Part shown: piece after piece, positions 14,935 to 29,377 of the stretch
Layout of the letters: every line of letters starts with the position of its first letter
Numbering within the stretch: the first letter of the stretch is position 1
Assembly (NCBI GenBank): GCA_964016885.1
Contig: OZ024741.1
Location: 299,460,001-299,524,000 of the forward strand
Direction: 5' to 3'
DNA: 64,000 nucleotides
Source of the DNA: Eledone cirrhosa
Lineage: Eukaryota
Notes under the pieces: model-generated
Database searches by the model: none
Seen by the model: the letters and a program-made list of their open reading frames with translations, nothing else
Told to the model about the DNA's origin: nothing
Position numbers and translations under genes: made by a program

Positions 14935-15439
14935 ATTTAGGAGCAGTTTAGGTATGATACATTTTATTACTAATTATATCTAAATGTTTCTTCTCTCTTC
15001 ATAATGTATTTTTAACTCTGATACTGGTTCAGTCTAGTTCAACTGAATTGGTCTGTCCCAGTCATTCATTGAGCAACAACGGTGAAGTTGGCACCCTTAA
15101 CTCACAGTTGGGTGCGGATGCATTCATGTATATATGTGTGTGTCCGCATGTATCTGTGTGTTTCTAAATATATTGTTAATAACTCCCTCTGGTCGAGCAA
15201 TCTTTGAAGTGTGGGGACAACTGGAAAGCTTCCATTACTCATACTTCTCGCCTTCTTCACCACCTCTTCTACGGCCTCGATATGAATACCCCCTCCGCCT
15301 CCGTGGTATTTTCTTCGTGGTTATAAGAGGCTTAGCTCTGTTTCTCGACCGTTATATCGCGTGACTATCTCCCCCTCCGCCTTTTGGGATTCTTTCTCAC
15401 GTCGTGTAGACGCGTTCTTGAGACTAGTAAAATGAGGTA

Positions 15440-15529
15440 TCCTCTTGATAAGTCGGCAGACCTCGCAGGGACTCTATGTCTTTACGATATATTGTTTTTG
15501 TTTATGCCACGAAACTACGTAGTCGAGGA
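15440..15529 (+). ncRNA. Type I hammerhead with U3-A8 core (unit 3)
   Basis: Same motif, +1190 bp. Confidence 0.8.
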
Positions 15530-16034
15530 ATTTAGGAGCAGTTTAGGTATGATACATTTTATTACTAATTATATCTAAATGTTTCTTCTCTCTTCATAAT
15601 GTATTTTTAACTCTGATACTGGTTCAGTCTAGTTCAACTGAATTGGTCTGTCCCAGTCATTCATTGAGCAACAACGGTGAAGTTGGCACCCTTAACTCAC
15701 AGTTGGGTGCGGATGCATTCATGTATATATGTGTGTGTCCGCATGTATCTGTGTGTTTCTAAATATATTGTTAATAACTCCCTCTGGTCGAGCAATCTTT
15801 GAAGTGTGGGGACAACTGGAAAGCTTCCATTACTCATACTTCTCGCCTTCTTCACCACCTCTTCTACGGCCTCGATATGAATACCCCCTCCGCCTCCGTG
15901 GTATTTTCTTCGTGGTTATAAGAGGCTTAGCTCTGTTTCTCGACCGTTATATCGCGTGACTATCTCCCCCTCCGCCTTTTGGGATTCTTTCTCACGTCGT
16001 GTAGACGCGTTCTTGAGACTAGTAAAATGAGGTA

Positions 16035-16124
16035 TCCTCTTGATAAGTCGGCAGACCTCGCAGGGACTCTATGTCTTTACGATATATTGTTTTTGTTTAC
16101 GCCACGAAACTACGTCGTCGAGGA
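16035..16124 (+). ncRNA. Type I hammerhead with U3-A8 core (unit 4, stem III palindrome mutated)
   Basis: GAAACTACGTCGTC instead of GAAACTACGTAGTC; tacgccac instead of tatgccac in stem II. Confidence 0.7.
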
Positions 16125-16285
16125 ATTTAGGAGCAGTTTAGGTATGATACATTTTATTACTAATTATATCTAAATGTTTCTTCTCTCTTCATAATGTATA
16201 TATATATATATATATATATATAAATATATATATATGTATATGTACATATACTGTATATATATATATATATATACAAATATATATG

Positions 16286-16317
<32 letters not shown>

Positions 16318-16346
16318 CTGTGTATATATATATATATATATATATA

Positions 16347-16432
<86 letters not shown>

Positions 16433-16443
16433 TTATTCATATA

Positions 16444-16475
<32 letters not shown>

Positions 16476-16568
16476 ACGAAGGAATTGTGGTAAGGAACCA
16501 GAGATGGACCATAACGCACCAAAGTACTCAATACATAGTGCAGTAGAGGGGTACTAGGAACAAGTATG

Positions 16569-16664
16569 ACCCTGACAGCAGAGCTCAAGCCGTTTCGAGG
16601 GCTATTTCTGAACTAAGTACGAACATTTAGCCTGGTAAATAAATTTCCAAACTTATCAAGGGGT
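16569..16664 (-). ncRNA. Type I hammerhead with U3-A8 core in the PLE family B terminal repeat
   Basis: Minus strand: acccc TTGATAA g..ggcta..tagccctc GAAAC ggcttgagctctgct GTC agggt; the copies at 8600 and 22350 have the fully paired AGCCGTCggggt. Confidence 0.65.
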
Positions 16665-17302
16665 ACTTCCTTATATGGGAAGATAGTAATTGTCAAGAGG
16701 ATTGGTTAAAATTTGTTATAAAGAAAAATAACAAATTTGTTATAAAAACAAAAACAGTAGAGTCTAAAAACAGCTGCTATAAGTAGGGATTGCTAAACTA
16801 TAGAAAATATAATAGGTAGAGAATGGCAAAATAAGTAAGAGATTGTAGTTGGTAGTGAAAAAAATCTTTAAAGCAGGCTTTACAGGGAGTCTAACACATC
16901 TGCTATAAATAGTAAAGCGTAATCAGCCAATGCTATCTTAGAATTACAGGTTAATAAGTTGAGAAAAAAAAGAATACTAAATAAGAAATTTAGAGATTGT
17001 AGAAATGGAGTAGTAACAAAAAAAAAAAGAAATTACAGGGGTCTAACACATCTGCTATAAATAAAGCGTAATCGGCCAATTCTATCTTAAAATAACTGGG
17101 GTGGGGGTACAGAGGACCGATGGCTGTATTGGGGTAGCGAAAGGTGAAAAACAGACGAGGAAGAAGACCAGGGGTGGAAGGAAGTGATAGGATGAGATGG
17201 GGGGAAGAAGGAAAAGTAGAGGAAAATAATAAAGGTACGTCTACCTATGTACGCAGGGATTTCCCCTTACAATATCGGCAAGTGTGGGGTATCGGCCCTT
17301 AT

Positions 17303-17749
17303 CTACCCACCAGGGTCGTTATGGGGTTTGAAGGCGAGGTAAGTTCTACACAATCTGTGTTTGCATGCGGGTACCAGTTCGTCTTTCTTGTTTAGGAGTT
17401 GGCCCTTTGAAAACAGCATTTGTAATTTTTCCTCCGAGCATAAGTTACAAGGATTGCGTCCTCCCGTGTAAGAGTTAGCTCTGGACAGTAAGCTCCAAGT
17501 GAGATTGTAGGTTATATTATTATCTTGGAGGTCCCAGATGTGGCCCGAAAGTGTAGTGGCATGTCGCAGGACCAGGTTTCGGAAAGAATGTCGGTGTTGG
17601 TAGAGCCGGGTCTTGAAGTCACAAGCGGTTAATCCTATATAAGCTTTGTTGGAGGTGTCCGTCCTCACGTTGCACTGGTAGATCACATAACATTCTCGGC
17701 ATCTGTTGTTGAGGGGCCACATGGATCTATCAGGACAGTTACACCACAT
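17303..17749 (-). pseudogene. PLE GIY-YIG endonuclease domain
   Basis: CNC..PLNNRC..VIYQC..AYIGLT..FKTRLYQHRHSF..TTLSGHIWDL..CNLCSEEKL, typical of the Penelope-type GIY-YIG C-terminus. Confidence 0.9.
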
Positions 17750-18039
17750 GGTCGACTCTCCACTGATGTCTAGGTTATTTCTTCGTTAGGGGTTGAGTTT
17801 TTTGCTGTTAGAGGAGACGATGTTTTGAGCGAAGTTAGGTGTGGTGCTGTAGGAGAGTTTGATGGTGTTTTTGTTGAATATGTTGTGGTACCGGTGTTGT
17901 AGTGGGAAATGTTATTCGATGAGCCTAAAGAAGATTTTCCCGATGAGAAATATATATATATATATATATAAATAATATTGTATAGATATATATACAATAA
18001 TATATATATATACAAATACAATAATATATATATATATAC

Positions 18040-18464
18040 AAATAAAGATTCAGCGAGAATCGCATTTCGGCGGGGAGGAAAAGCGAAGCGAAACGCTAAA
18101 ATCAGAAATGATACTGGCAAAGTGCTCAATAGTTAAAAACCAGAGCTAACCAATGTGTTAAGAAGCCATACAAAACTGAAAAGGTGGTCAAGAAGGCATT
18201 AACCACCCAAGCCAAATACCAAATCAAGCTAAACAGGTCAAAACAAAATAAATGATTAAAAAAATTATGATAAGCAGACCTGGACGCCCGGAATTGCTGT
18301 TAAAATCCGATGTAGAGTTTCTGTGACACCTAAATCAAAATACAGTCTGCTTAAAAATATAAGCTTTGTGTATAACGATCGAACAAGGAGTATCACGTTA
18401 TCAACAGGTATTTCGCTTTGTACCAAATAAGTGAATGACACGGTGGTAAGTTAAACCCCGTGTG

Positions 18465-18468
<4 letters not shown>
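18040..18468 (-). repeat. Diverged relative of the 19129-19822 element
   Basis: Reverse complement reads tagctctggtt..ttgagcact..ccgaaatgcgattctcg; flanked by (TA)n. Confidence 0.55.
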
Positions 18469-18526
<58 letters not shown>

Positions 18527-18663
18527 TGAGTATATGTTGGTTATTTACCGACACCTCAGTATGCAGAGAAATAACAACCCAACCAGGAGCTGGACATATC
18601 GGAGTATTGGCGGAGTAAAATACTTTAATAACATGTGTACCCGTGCCTACCACACCAATTCAG

Positions 18664-18718
18664 ACTGCCTGAATAGATCACAGCCAATGATGACTGTCAC
18701 CGAAATATATATAGCAGT
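18664..18718 (+). ncRNA. Degenerate minimal hammerhead (family H)
   Basis: actgc CTGAATA gatcacagcc..gactgtcacc GAAA TATATA TA gcagt, then AATAAA; G8 mutated and stem II eroded. Confidence 0.5.
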
Positions 18719-18782
18719 ACATCTTTAATAAACGAAGCCAAATTTTAAATATCTGACTTAATTACTTTATTTTATATATATT

Positions 18783-18881
<99 letters not shown>

Positions 18882-19026
18882 TAGAAAGTGAGTTTTTTTT
18901 TACAACTTGAAAAATAACCGAGGTGTCCTACACGAGTTAAAGTATAAAGAAAAAGAGATGAAATCGAAAATGCAACAGGAGTCTTATTTAAAAAAAATAT
19001 ATATATATTTATTTGGTTCCTTTACC

Positions 19027-19110
<84 letters not shown>

Positions 19111-19128
19111 GATATATATATATATATA

Positions 19129-19925
<797 letters not shown>

Positions 19926-20645
19926 GGTTTGAGGTTCACCACTGGATAGAGCTGGTCAATTCCGTATGGTCAATGTTAATGTAATAATATGGAGAGTACT
20001 GAACGTAAAGTAGACCTACCTTGAGTGCTTGGGAAAAATAAATTTCCCCTTCTTTCGGTAAATGAAACTACTCGGAGTGGCTTGATTCACGCCAGGAGCC
20101 CGGCGCGCAGGCGGTTTTTTGACGGCCATATAGTACCGTTAAATTACAGATCTAATCATAACTATTAGACGTATCACGCCTCCCTCTACTTAAGCAAATC
20201 CCCATCCTGGGTAAATTAATAGTACTGGTTTTGTACAAGGATGGCCTAACGATGCGGGCTGACTTCCCGCTGGCGCACCTGAAGCCTGTTATACATACCT
20301 AGACTGCTCGGAAAAATTCATTTCCATATCTTTCGTTACGCGATATCACTCGGAGTGGATGGGCTGCGCAAGCCTGTGGTCGCCGCATGCTGTTTGACGG
20401 GTAAACAAAGACATAATCTTTACTCTATAATAAAAGTTAAGTGTCTTCATAAAAGACTCTTTTTTGCTTAAACCCCGCAACCTTAAAAATGTTTAACTGT
20501 TTAACTTTCAATTTTCTAATTTCTTTAATTTTAATTTTATAAAGGTTAATTTTTTAACTTCATCCTATAAATCTAAACAAAAATGTAACGTTCCAATCTT
20601 CCGCTCACACATTATAACATACAGACCCCCACTATATTTACCTCT

Positions 20646-21147
20646 GTTAAGATACGGGTACCTTTGAAAATATTTTTTTCGCGCCATTCCTGTCCTGGCT
20701 GTAGTCTGACATTAGTACCGAACTTCCTTCCTCTTTCTTTCTGTCTTTCTTCTTGTAGCCATTAACCCTGACTTTTCTTCTTCTTCCCTTTCTTCCTTCT
20801 CTTCCCTCTCCTTTCTTTCTTCTTGTGGCATCATATTAACGCTGACTTATCTTTCTCCTCCTTTTTGTTTGCCTTATTTGACCGGTAGTAGTTGTTAAGA
20901 TATGGGTCCCTTAGAATAACATTTTTTCGCGACATTCCTGGCCTGACTGTAGTTTGACATTAATACCGACCTTTCTTCCTCTTTCTTTCTGTCTTTCTCC
21001 TTGTAGCTGGACATTAACCCTGACTTTTCTTCTTCTTCCTTTTCTTCCTTCCCCCTTCTCTCTTCTTACTTTTTTCTTGTGGCACGATATTAACGCTGAC
21101 TTATGTTCCTCTCCCTTTCTGTTTGCCTCTATTTGACCGGTCGTAGC
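20646..21147. repeat. Two diverged tandem copies of a ~248-bp pyrimidine-rich unit
   Basis: gttaagata.ggg..tttgaccggt.gtag starting at 20646 and 20894. Confidence 0.8.
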
Positions 21148-21389
21148 ACACTATAAGCTTTAGCCACGTCACTTGAGGGCGACCGGCAAAGGTGGAAGAT
21201 GCTGGATGACGGTCGTCCTCCGGTCTTTGATTTTCAGCCTCATGGATTTTATCTATTGCATTCACTTATTATATTTCGAATACCTGATGATATCACCGGA
21301 TTCATACGGAACCCGGTCATTGAAATGATCATAGTATAATAAACCTTTCAATGATTCACACAAGTCCAGCCTCCTGTCATTTGATTATA

Positions 21390-22172
<783 letters not shown>

Positions 22173-22258
22173 TATGTATACTCCAGTCCTACAAACTGTA
22201 GAGTGCTTCTTATCCGATATCTGCATTGCTTTATTGTACTACAATAAAACTCACCTCC

Positions 22259-22325
<67 letters not shown>

Positions 22326-22329
22326 ATAT

Positions 22330-22464
22330 TCGAAACGGCTAATTCGAAACGGCTTGAGTTCAGCCGTCGGGGTCCTACTCATTCCTATTACACACTCTAT
22401 ATCCCTAAGTATTGAGTACTTTGGTGCTTTATGGTCCATCTGGTTCCTTACCACATTTCCTTCG

Positions 22465-22468
<4 letters not shown>
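22330..22468 (+). mobile_element. PLE family B terminal-repeat stub
   Basis: gaaacggcttgagttcagccgtcggggtcc..ggttccttaccacatttccttcgtta, as at 8600-8725. Confidence 0.8.
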
Positions 22469-22516
<48 letters not shown>

Positions 22517-22866
22517 ATATGTATCCATATGTATCCACTTATTTATCTCTCAGATTAATATTTCCTTATTTATCTAACCTGCAATAACCTTAATATTACA
22601 AAACAAAAACAAAAACATATACGAATTTCTAGTCTAATCTTTTTTACCTCCAACGAATAAGTTCTGCATTTTAATCACGTTTATCATTCAGATAGTTTAG
22701 GTAAAATATGTGAAAATCGAAACATATATATGGTATTTGAGGTGAGGGAGCAATATGTGCTTATTGATATATAGATAAATATATACATATACGCACAGAG
22801 CCACGCACCCACCTATACACACACGAACACACACACATATATATATTATATAATATATATATATAT

Positions 22867-22921
<55 letters not shown>

Positions 22922-25410
22922 AGAGGGTGTTGTAGATTGCTTGAAGCATCGTGTTAGTATATATATGATTAAGTTACATGAAGGCTACAACAATGCAAAA
23001 TAGACGGTAGATCTCGAAATAAATTGAAGGCATCAAAGATGTTCGTCCGTCACCTCTTATTGTATTCATCTGTCCTAATATTACGGGTTAAAACCTCTTC
23101 GCTGAAAGATTATGAGAAGAAACTAGTGTTATGTTATAAAGTCAAACTTACTGCGTACGGTTGTCATTCACCTTTGCTGTATACATTAAAGTTAATGAGT
23201 TTCACACAGTGGAATCAATTAAGTGTTTCAGCACGAGATCGAATGCTCTTATATATGCTATTTAAAAAGAAAACGAATGCAAAGAAACGGCTCAAGTACA
23301 GCTGAGTAAGTACAATAATATAAATGAATCATTCTGGTCCATTTCTAGAGTTTCTATCAATGAACGTCGCTCCACTAACTATCCACCAGTAAAAGTCTTA
23401 TTTACTTAAGAAAATACGTTGTTCCAATTATTAACCACTTTATGCTGAGTCACGTAAACGGATTTCTTGTGAATACATATCTTTCTGGATATGCCTTAAA
23501 AACCAATGAAACAGAAGAAGATAGATAACAACATTGATATATCTATCCTGGTACTTAAAATCACAAGTCATTGAAATAAGTTGTGATAGAAATTAACTAA
23601 AATAGGACAACTATTTTGACTCAAGTCACCTCTCCACCTGTTATGTGCACAACACAGACATTGTTCTGCAGAAATAAACTATGTGTCGACCACCCCACTA
23701 TCATGAGACAAATATCTAATCTTACCTCATCTATTGTAATCTTAGTTACCACCTTGTTTTGGAGGATACAATGAATTTAAGAAATTTAAGAAAATTGTTT
23801 ACTATTTCTAGATCCATTAGCTTGCAACATTCACACTTGTGGCCAATCTAAGCCAGATTATGTACACTCTTGGTAAACTATAATATATTGCAAGCAATGT
23901 AAATGAAAGGAATACCGAGGAAATTCTACCGTGTCTAAGAGAATTACTGATAACAACAGAAATAACTGAATAATATCAAGTATAAATTTAGTAACGCAAT
24001 TTAAGGACCATTTCGTGAGGTGAAATCCAACCTGCCTTAGACAGTAGAACTCACAAAAGTATTTAGGTATGAGGATAAATAATTTCCAAATTTCCATAAC
24101 ATAATATTAAAATAGTTTGTTCTCTGGTGAGAAAAGATGCCAAATTACAATACTAAAACTGTTACAGGAAACAATTAAGTTATGTATAACTCACTACATA
24201 TGATGGCTATGTTTACAATTTAATGTTAAACATTTTCTTAGAATATTTCTACAACAATATATCTAACAAAATAGGTATATAAAAATATGAAATTAGAAAG
24301 ACTAGATGAAATTGAAAAAAAAAAATTAAAGTTTTGGTTAGTGTAGAATTAGGCCACATAAAGAATCCACGGAGTAAATAAACGAAAACAATGAGTGTTC
24401 TGTAGATATATAGAAGTAAATGAACTAGGTGAAAATATACCAGATACAAACCGACAGATGTTTTTAACTAAGGATTTATGACAGAGCTAAAGAGTGGTGA
24501 GTAAGTAACTAAGTATTATTAATCAGCAACACGAACAATGATAGAATAGCAACAGATAAAAGAATTAGTGAGAGCAGAGAGTAGGAAAAAAAAGGATGAT
24601 GTAATTCACAGTAAAATAAACCTAACAGCTGAGAGGCACGCTATAATTATCATATAGAGAAAGAAATGGCTGTACCACGAATTACTATAATGTAATATAA
24701 TTCCAATTAGCCACTATGAATGTGAATATGAATATATATATATAAATTTAGTAACGCAATATATATATATATATATATGAAAAAGTTTGTCCTCATTAGT
24801 GGCCATCCAACCGTCGTAGGCATTTCGTCGCATTAAAGGCCATATGCCTCAGGTTGGTGCGAGCAACGGCTAAAAAAAGTCGTTGGGACACGTAAATAAA
24901 GTGGACACTAGGGTAAACAAACAAAATGGTTTAAGCAGCAGATAGTGATGAAGAAGGAAACAAGTCCCAGATTTCTATGAATATAAATTCGGTGGAATCG
25001 TGAACGAGAGAATAAAGACCATCAAACCTGGTTGAAATGTGAGCAAGGAAGGAATTTCGCACAGGTCTAATGGGAGGAAGAAGGGGTCTGGTCTGCGAAT
25101 TCGGTAAACATAAGTTAGGTGAAGTCGCAGACGAGAGAGAGAAAAAAAATTCATACCGGCTTGGCCAAGTGCCCGCGAGAAAAGGATTACGGACAGGTCA
25201 AACGGGAAGAAAGGGGAGGAGGAGAGGTAGTGACAGAGAGTGAGTGAGTGAAAGGTGAGGAAGAGGCTAACAGAGCGAGAGACTGCTAGAAAGGGTAACG
25301 ACACAAAGAACGAAACAGACTGGTGGCAGCGGAGGAAAAAATATATATGTAAATATGATAATAATGGAGCTGCGGCGCTGCAAATGGGTTACATATGAAC
25401 AAGTTTATAA

Positions 25411-25499
<89 letters not shown>

Positions 25500-25585
25500 T
25501 ATGCACATATATATACATATATATAGCTATATACATATTATAAATAAAACGAAACATCAGTGATGCATCTGGATTTACTTTATTT

Positions 25586-25676
25586 CGTGTTACAAATGTT
25601 TCGCCAACATGTAGCTCGAGACATGGTCCTTGTATGGGTCTGGCTGATTCTACTTTTGCGGGTTCTTTCAGACACG
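25586..25676 (-). ncRNA. Degenerate hammerhead-like motif (family I)
   Basis: Minus strand: cgtgt CTGAAAGA..ggc GAAAC attt GTA acacg, then AATAAA; one extra core nucleotide. Confidence 0.4.
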
Positions 25677-26402
25677 GGTGTTTCGTTCGGAGCAAATTTT
25701 ATGACTGGAGTGTTATTATAAAAAAACAGCCTAAAAAAACCCTATTTCCACTCTTGTCATGCTTTAACTCCACGCCATCGCAAGTTCTGGTCAGTATCTG
25801 CTGCCACACGGTTCATCAACCATTTTCCGTCCGAGACATTTTGATGGAGTTATACTGGATTCAGTACTTCACACGTCTGCTCACACTTCAGAGTAAGCAC
25901 CCACACATACTAAAATGCACACATAAACACACACACATGCAGACACATACCTATTTATGCATACACACACGTACGCCTACATGTGCAGACACACACAGCC
26001 CCACATACATAAATCGAAGTATATATACACACACGCCCTCTCTCCCTAAGTTCCACGGACCCAGTCACACCCATCTGATGATACATGTAGCCACAAGCCT
26101 TCTGACGGCTGCTTACTTCGCGCCCTGTATCAGTTGGGATAGGCGTATCCTACTTAAACATAATACATATATACATACATACGCGCGCACCTATACATAA
26201 GCCCAGACTTCTATATATTTATATATATATATACATCTATATATACACACTCATACACACACATATATACATACACACATATATACACATACATACATAT
26301 ATACACACATGTGCATAGCACCATAGCTACCATTATACACAACTATATATATATACATATATATAAATATATATACATATATATATACATATATATATAT
26401 AC

Positions 26403-26501
<99 letters not shown>

Positions 26502-26828
26502 AATATACATATACATCCATACATTCATATGTAAGCAGACACACAATATGTATACATATATTACATATATACATATATATATGTGTGAATATATGTATAT
26601 ATATACATACTACTGTACATGTGTATATATATATGTATGTACGTATACATACTTATATTTAAGTAACAGCCATACTAAGAGTGAGAAATGAAATTTCGTT
26701 TCATTTTTTACATTTATCGTTTTCTGTGCGCGCGGCCGACTAACTCACTTGATATGCAAATTAGGCTGCTCAGCCTTTAATATGCATAGGGGGAAAGTAT
26801 ATACTTTCAGACGTTCAATCATCCGGCA

Positions 26829-26887
26829 GGAAGGTATAGGATGCTGACGATAGCTAATAAGCTTGAAACTAGTACATCGTTCCTTTC
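26829..26887 (+). ncRNA. Minimal type I hammerhead (434-bp unit 1)
   Basis: ggaagg..gatg CTGACGA t agct aata agct t GAAA C TA G TA catc..cctttc. Confidence 0.8.
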
Positions 26888-27262
26888 TCAGTTTTAAACA
26901 AAAGGGCAACGATGGTTACTAAAAACTGTACGGCTTAATTTGGAAAGTTTGTTTACAAACAAAGCGAGTATTATAATAAACATTCAATAAACCCATACGT
27001 ACATATATATATATATGTGTGTGCATGTATGTATATATATACATACTACTGTACGTCTGTATACATATATGTATGTACGTATACATAGTTATATTTAAGT
27101 AACAGCCGTACTAAGAGTGAGAAATAAAATTTCGTTTGATTTTTTCCATTTATCGTTTTCGGTGCACGCGGCCGGCTAACTCACTCGATATGCAAATTAG
27201 GCTGCTCAGCAGTTAATACGCATAAGGAAAGTATATACTTTCAGTCGTTCAATCATCTGGCA

Positions 27263-27320
27263 GGAAGGTATACGATGCTGACGATAGCTAATAAGCTTGA
27301 AACTAGTACATCGTTCCTTT
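27263..27320 (+). ncRNA. Minimal type I hammerhead (434-bp unit 2)
   Basis: acgatg CTGACGA tagctaataagctt GAAACTAGTA catcgt; 6-bp stem I. Confidence 0.85.
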
Positions 27321-27579
27321 GTCAGTGTTGAACAAAACGGCATCGATGGTTGCTAAACACTGTACGGCTTAATTCGGGCTGTTTGTTTACAAACAAACCG
27401 AGCATTATAATAAATTTTCGATAAACCCATACGTACATATATATACATGTGTGTGCATGTATGTCTATATATACATACTACTGTACGTCTGCATACATAT
27501 ATGTATGTACGTATACATACTTATATTTAAGTACCAGCCGTACTAAGATTGAGAAATGAAATCTCGTTTCACTTTTTCC

Positions 27580-27627
<48 letters not shown>

Positions 27628-28028
27628 CATATACACACACACACACACATATGTATATACATATATATATATTTTTCCTCTGTTCTCTTTTCTTTTTGCT
27701 TTCTTCTTTTTTCTTTATCTATCTTTCCCTTTCTTTTCTCCACGTTTCTCCACGTTTCTCTCTCTCTCTCTCCATCTGTTTACTTACTCTTAACAATATG
27801 ACTTACTAAAGTAAACAAACCACTATCCGGATGGCCTCCAAAAACAACGGTCACCTTTTTGAAAGGGTACGTCAATATCTATTTGTAAAACTGTTATATA
27901 TTGTATTTTCTCTGATCAAGGCATACCATGATTTAACTTAATATCCTTGAAATATATATAATGAAATGAATATGGTTTTATAAATATAGTTTCCATTTAT
28001 TAATATTGTATATATATATATATATATT

Positions 28029-28075
<47 letters not shown>

Positions 28076-28085
28076 ACACACACAG

Positions 28086-28221
<136 letters not shown>

Positions 28222-28229
28222 ATATATAA

Positions 28230-28406
<177 letters not shown>

Positions 28407-29335
28407 CAGAGAGAGAGAAGAGAGTATGAGAGAGATATGTATATTTCTTTGTAACGTTTAAGGTCCAACATATATTTACGTCTCGTTTGCGAATTCAGAT
28501 TGATACCAATTAACAAATTTTGTGATAGAAACGAAGATACACAGTAGACCATTCTAGAAATAAACATGTAGGTCCGATCACGGCAATTTCTATTTAGTTT
28601 AATAGGTATTAGCATTAAAAAAAAATATCATACATTTTTCTTTAAAGAAATCTAATTGTAAATATAAGTCATAGAATTAAAAGTTAAATCGAACGGCTAA
28701 ATATTGTTGTTCTGTCACATGGTATAACTTTTATGTTTACTGAAACAATAATTGCTGTGAACTTTTAAAAAATTGAAAAAAAATCATAAGTAACGAAAAG
28801 TAGAAACTTGATATATATTTAATCTTAAAAGTCATTTGGAAAGACGAAGTGAAAACAAATTGCAACTGCATTTTCTCTGTTTTAAGACTTAGAATGTAAA
28901 GTTGGTTTTCAAAACTGACAATTTGCTGAAAATACTAAAATAAAATTCACAAAAGAAAAAAATCATTGCAGCTTTTTTTTTTTTTATTTGTTTCTTGTCT
29001 CGTTGCTATATATATATGATTACATATTGAAATATAAATATATGCATATAAGCTCTGATTTCATGACATATGTGTTATCATACCACTGCTGTGCTCGCCT
29101 GAGGCATAGATTTCATACCGAAGGCACATTCAGATCTGCGAAAGTTTCCACTGGAAACTGGAGCTGGAAACATCTAAAGATTTACATAGAATTACGGGAT
29201 ATATATGAACAAAATCGTTAAATTGTAACCAGTGTCGACGACGTGAACATTCCCATGCGACCTTCACTGTCTCCATCTAACAGCATCGTAACCCTTCGCT
29301 GTACACATTTTACTTGGAATCCTGCACGCTGTCGA

Positions 29336-29377
<42 letters not shown>

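Larger units (their letters stand above)
13630..16198 (+). mobile_element. Retrozyme-like tandem array: ~3.8 x 595-bp non-coding units plus ~285-bp inverted 5' segment
   Basis: Units start at 13916, 14511, 15106, 15701 and are near identical; 13630-13917 is the reverse complement of unit sequence; both outer ends merge into (TA)n; one HHR per unit. Confidence 0.9.
16474..17948 (-). mobile_element. 5'-truncated Penelope-like element, family B
   Basis: GIY-YIG ORF 17303-17749, 3' UTR with an internal direct repeat (16880 and 17033), terminal repeat with HHR, both ends in (TA)n. Confidence 0.85.
26600..27585 (+). mobile_element. Second retrozyme-like tandem array, ~2.25 x 434-bp units
   Basis: catactactgtac..ttaagta.cagcc recurs at ~26606, 27042, 27473; one HHR per full unit. 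Confidence 0.85.

Noticed and set aside
13944-16173. Repeated 76-aa and 64-aa ORFs in the 595-bp units
   Set aside because: Short, no recognisable motif, one uses a non-ATG start; recurrence only reflects the repeat.
13916-16198. CRISPR array or rDNA/snRNA gene cluster
   Set aside because: No unique spacers, eukaryotic context, and no 5S, tRNA or snRNA sequence recognised in the unit.
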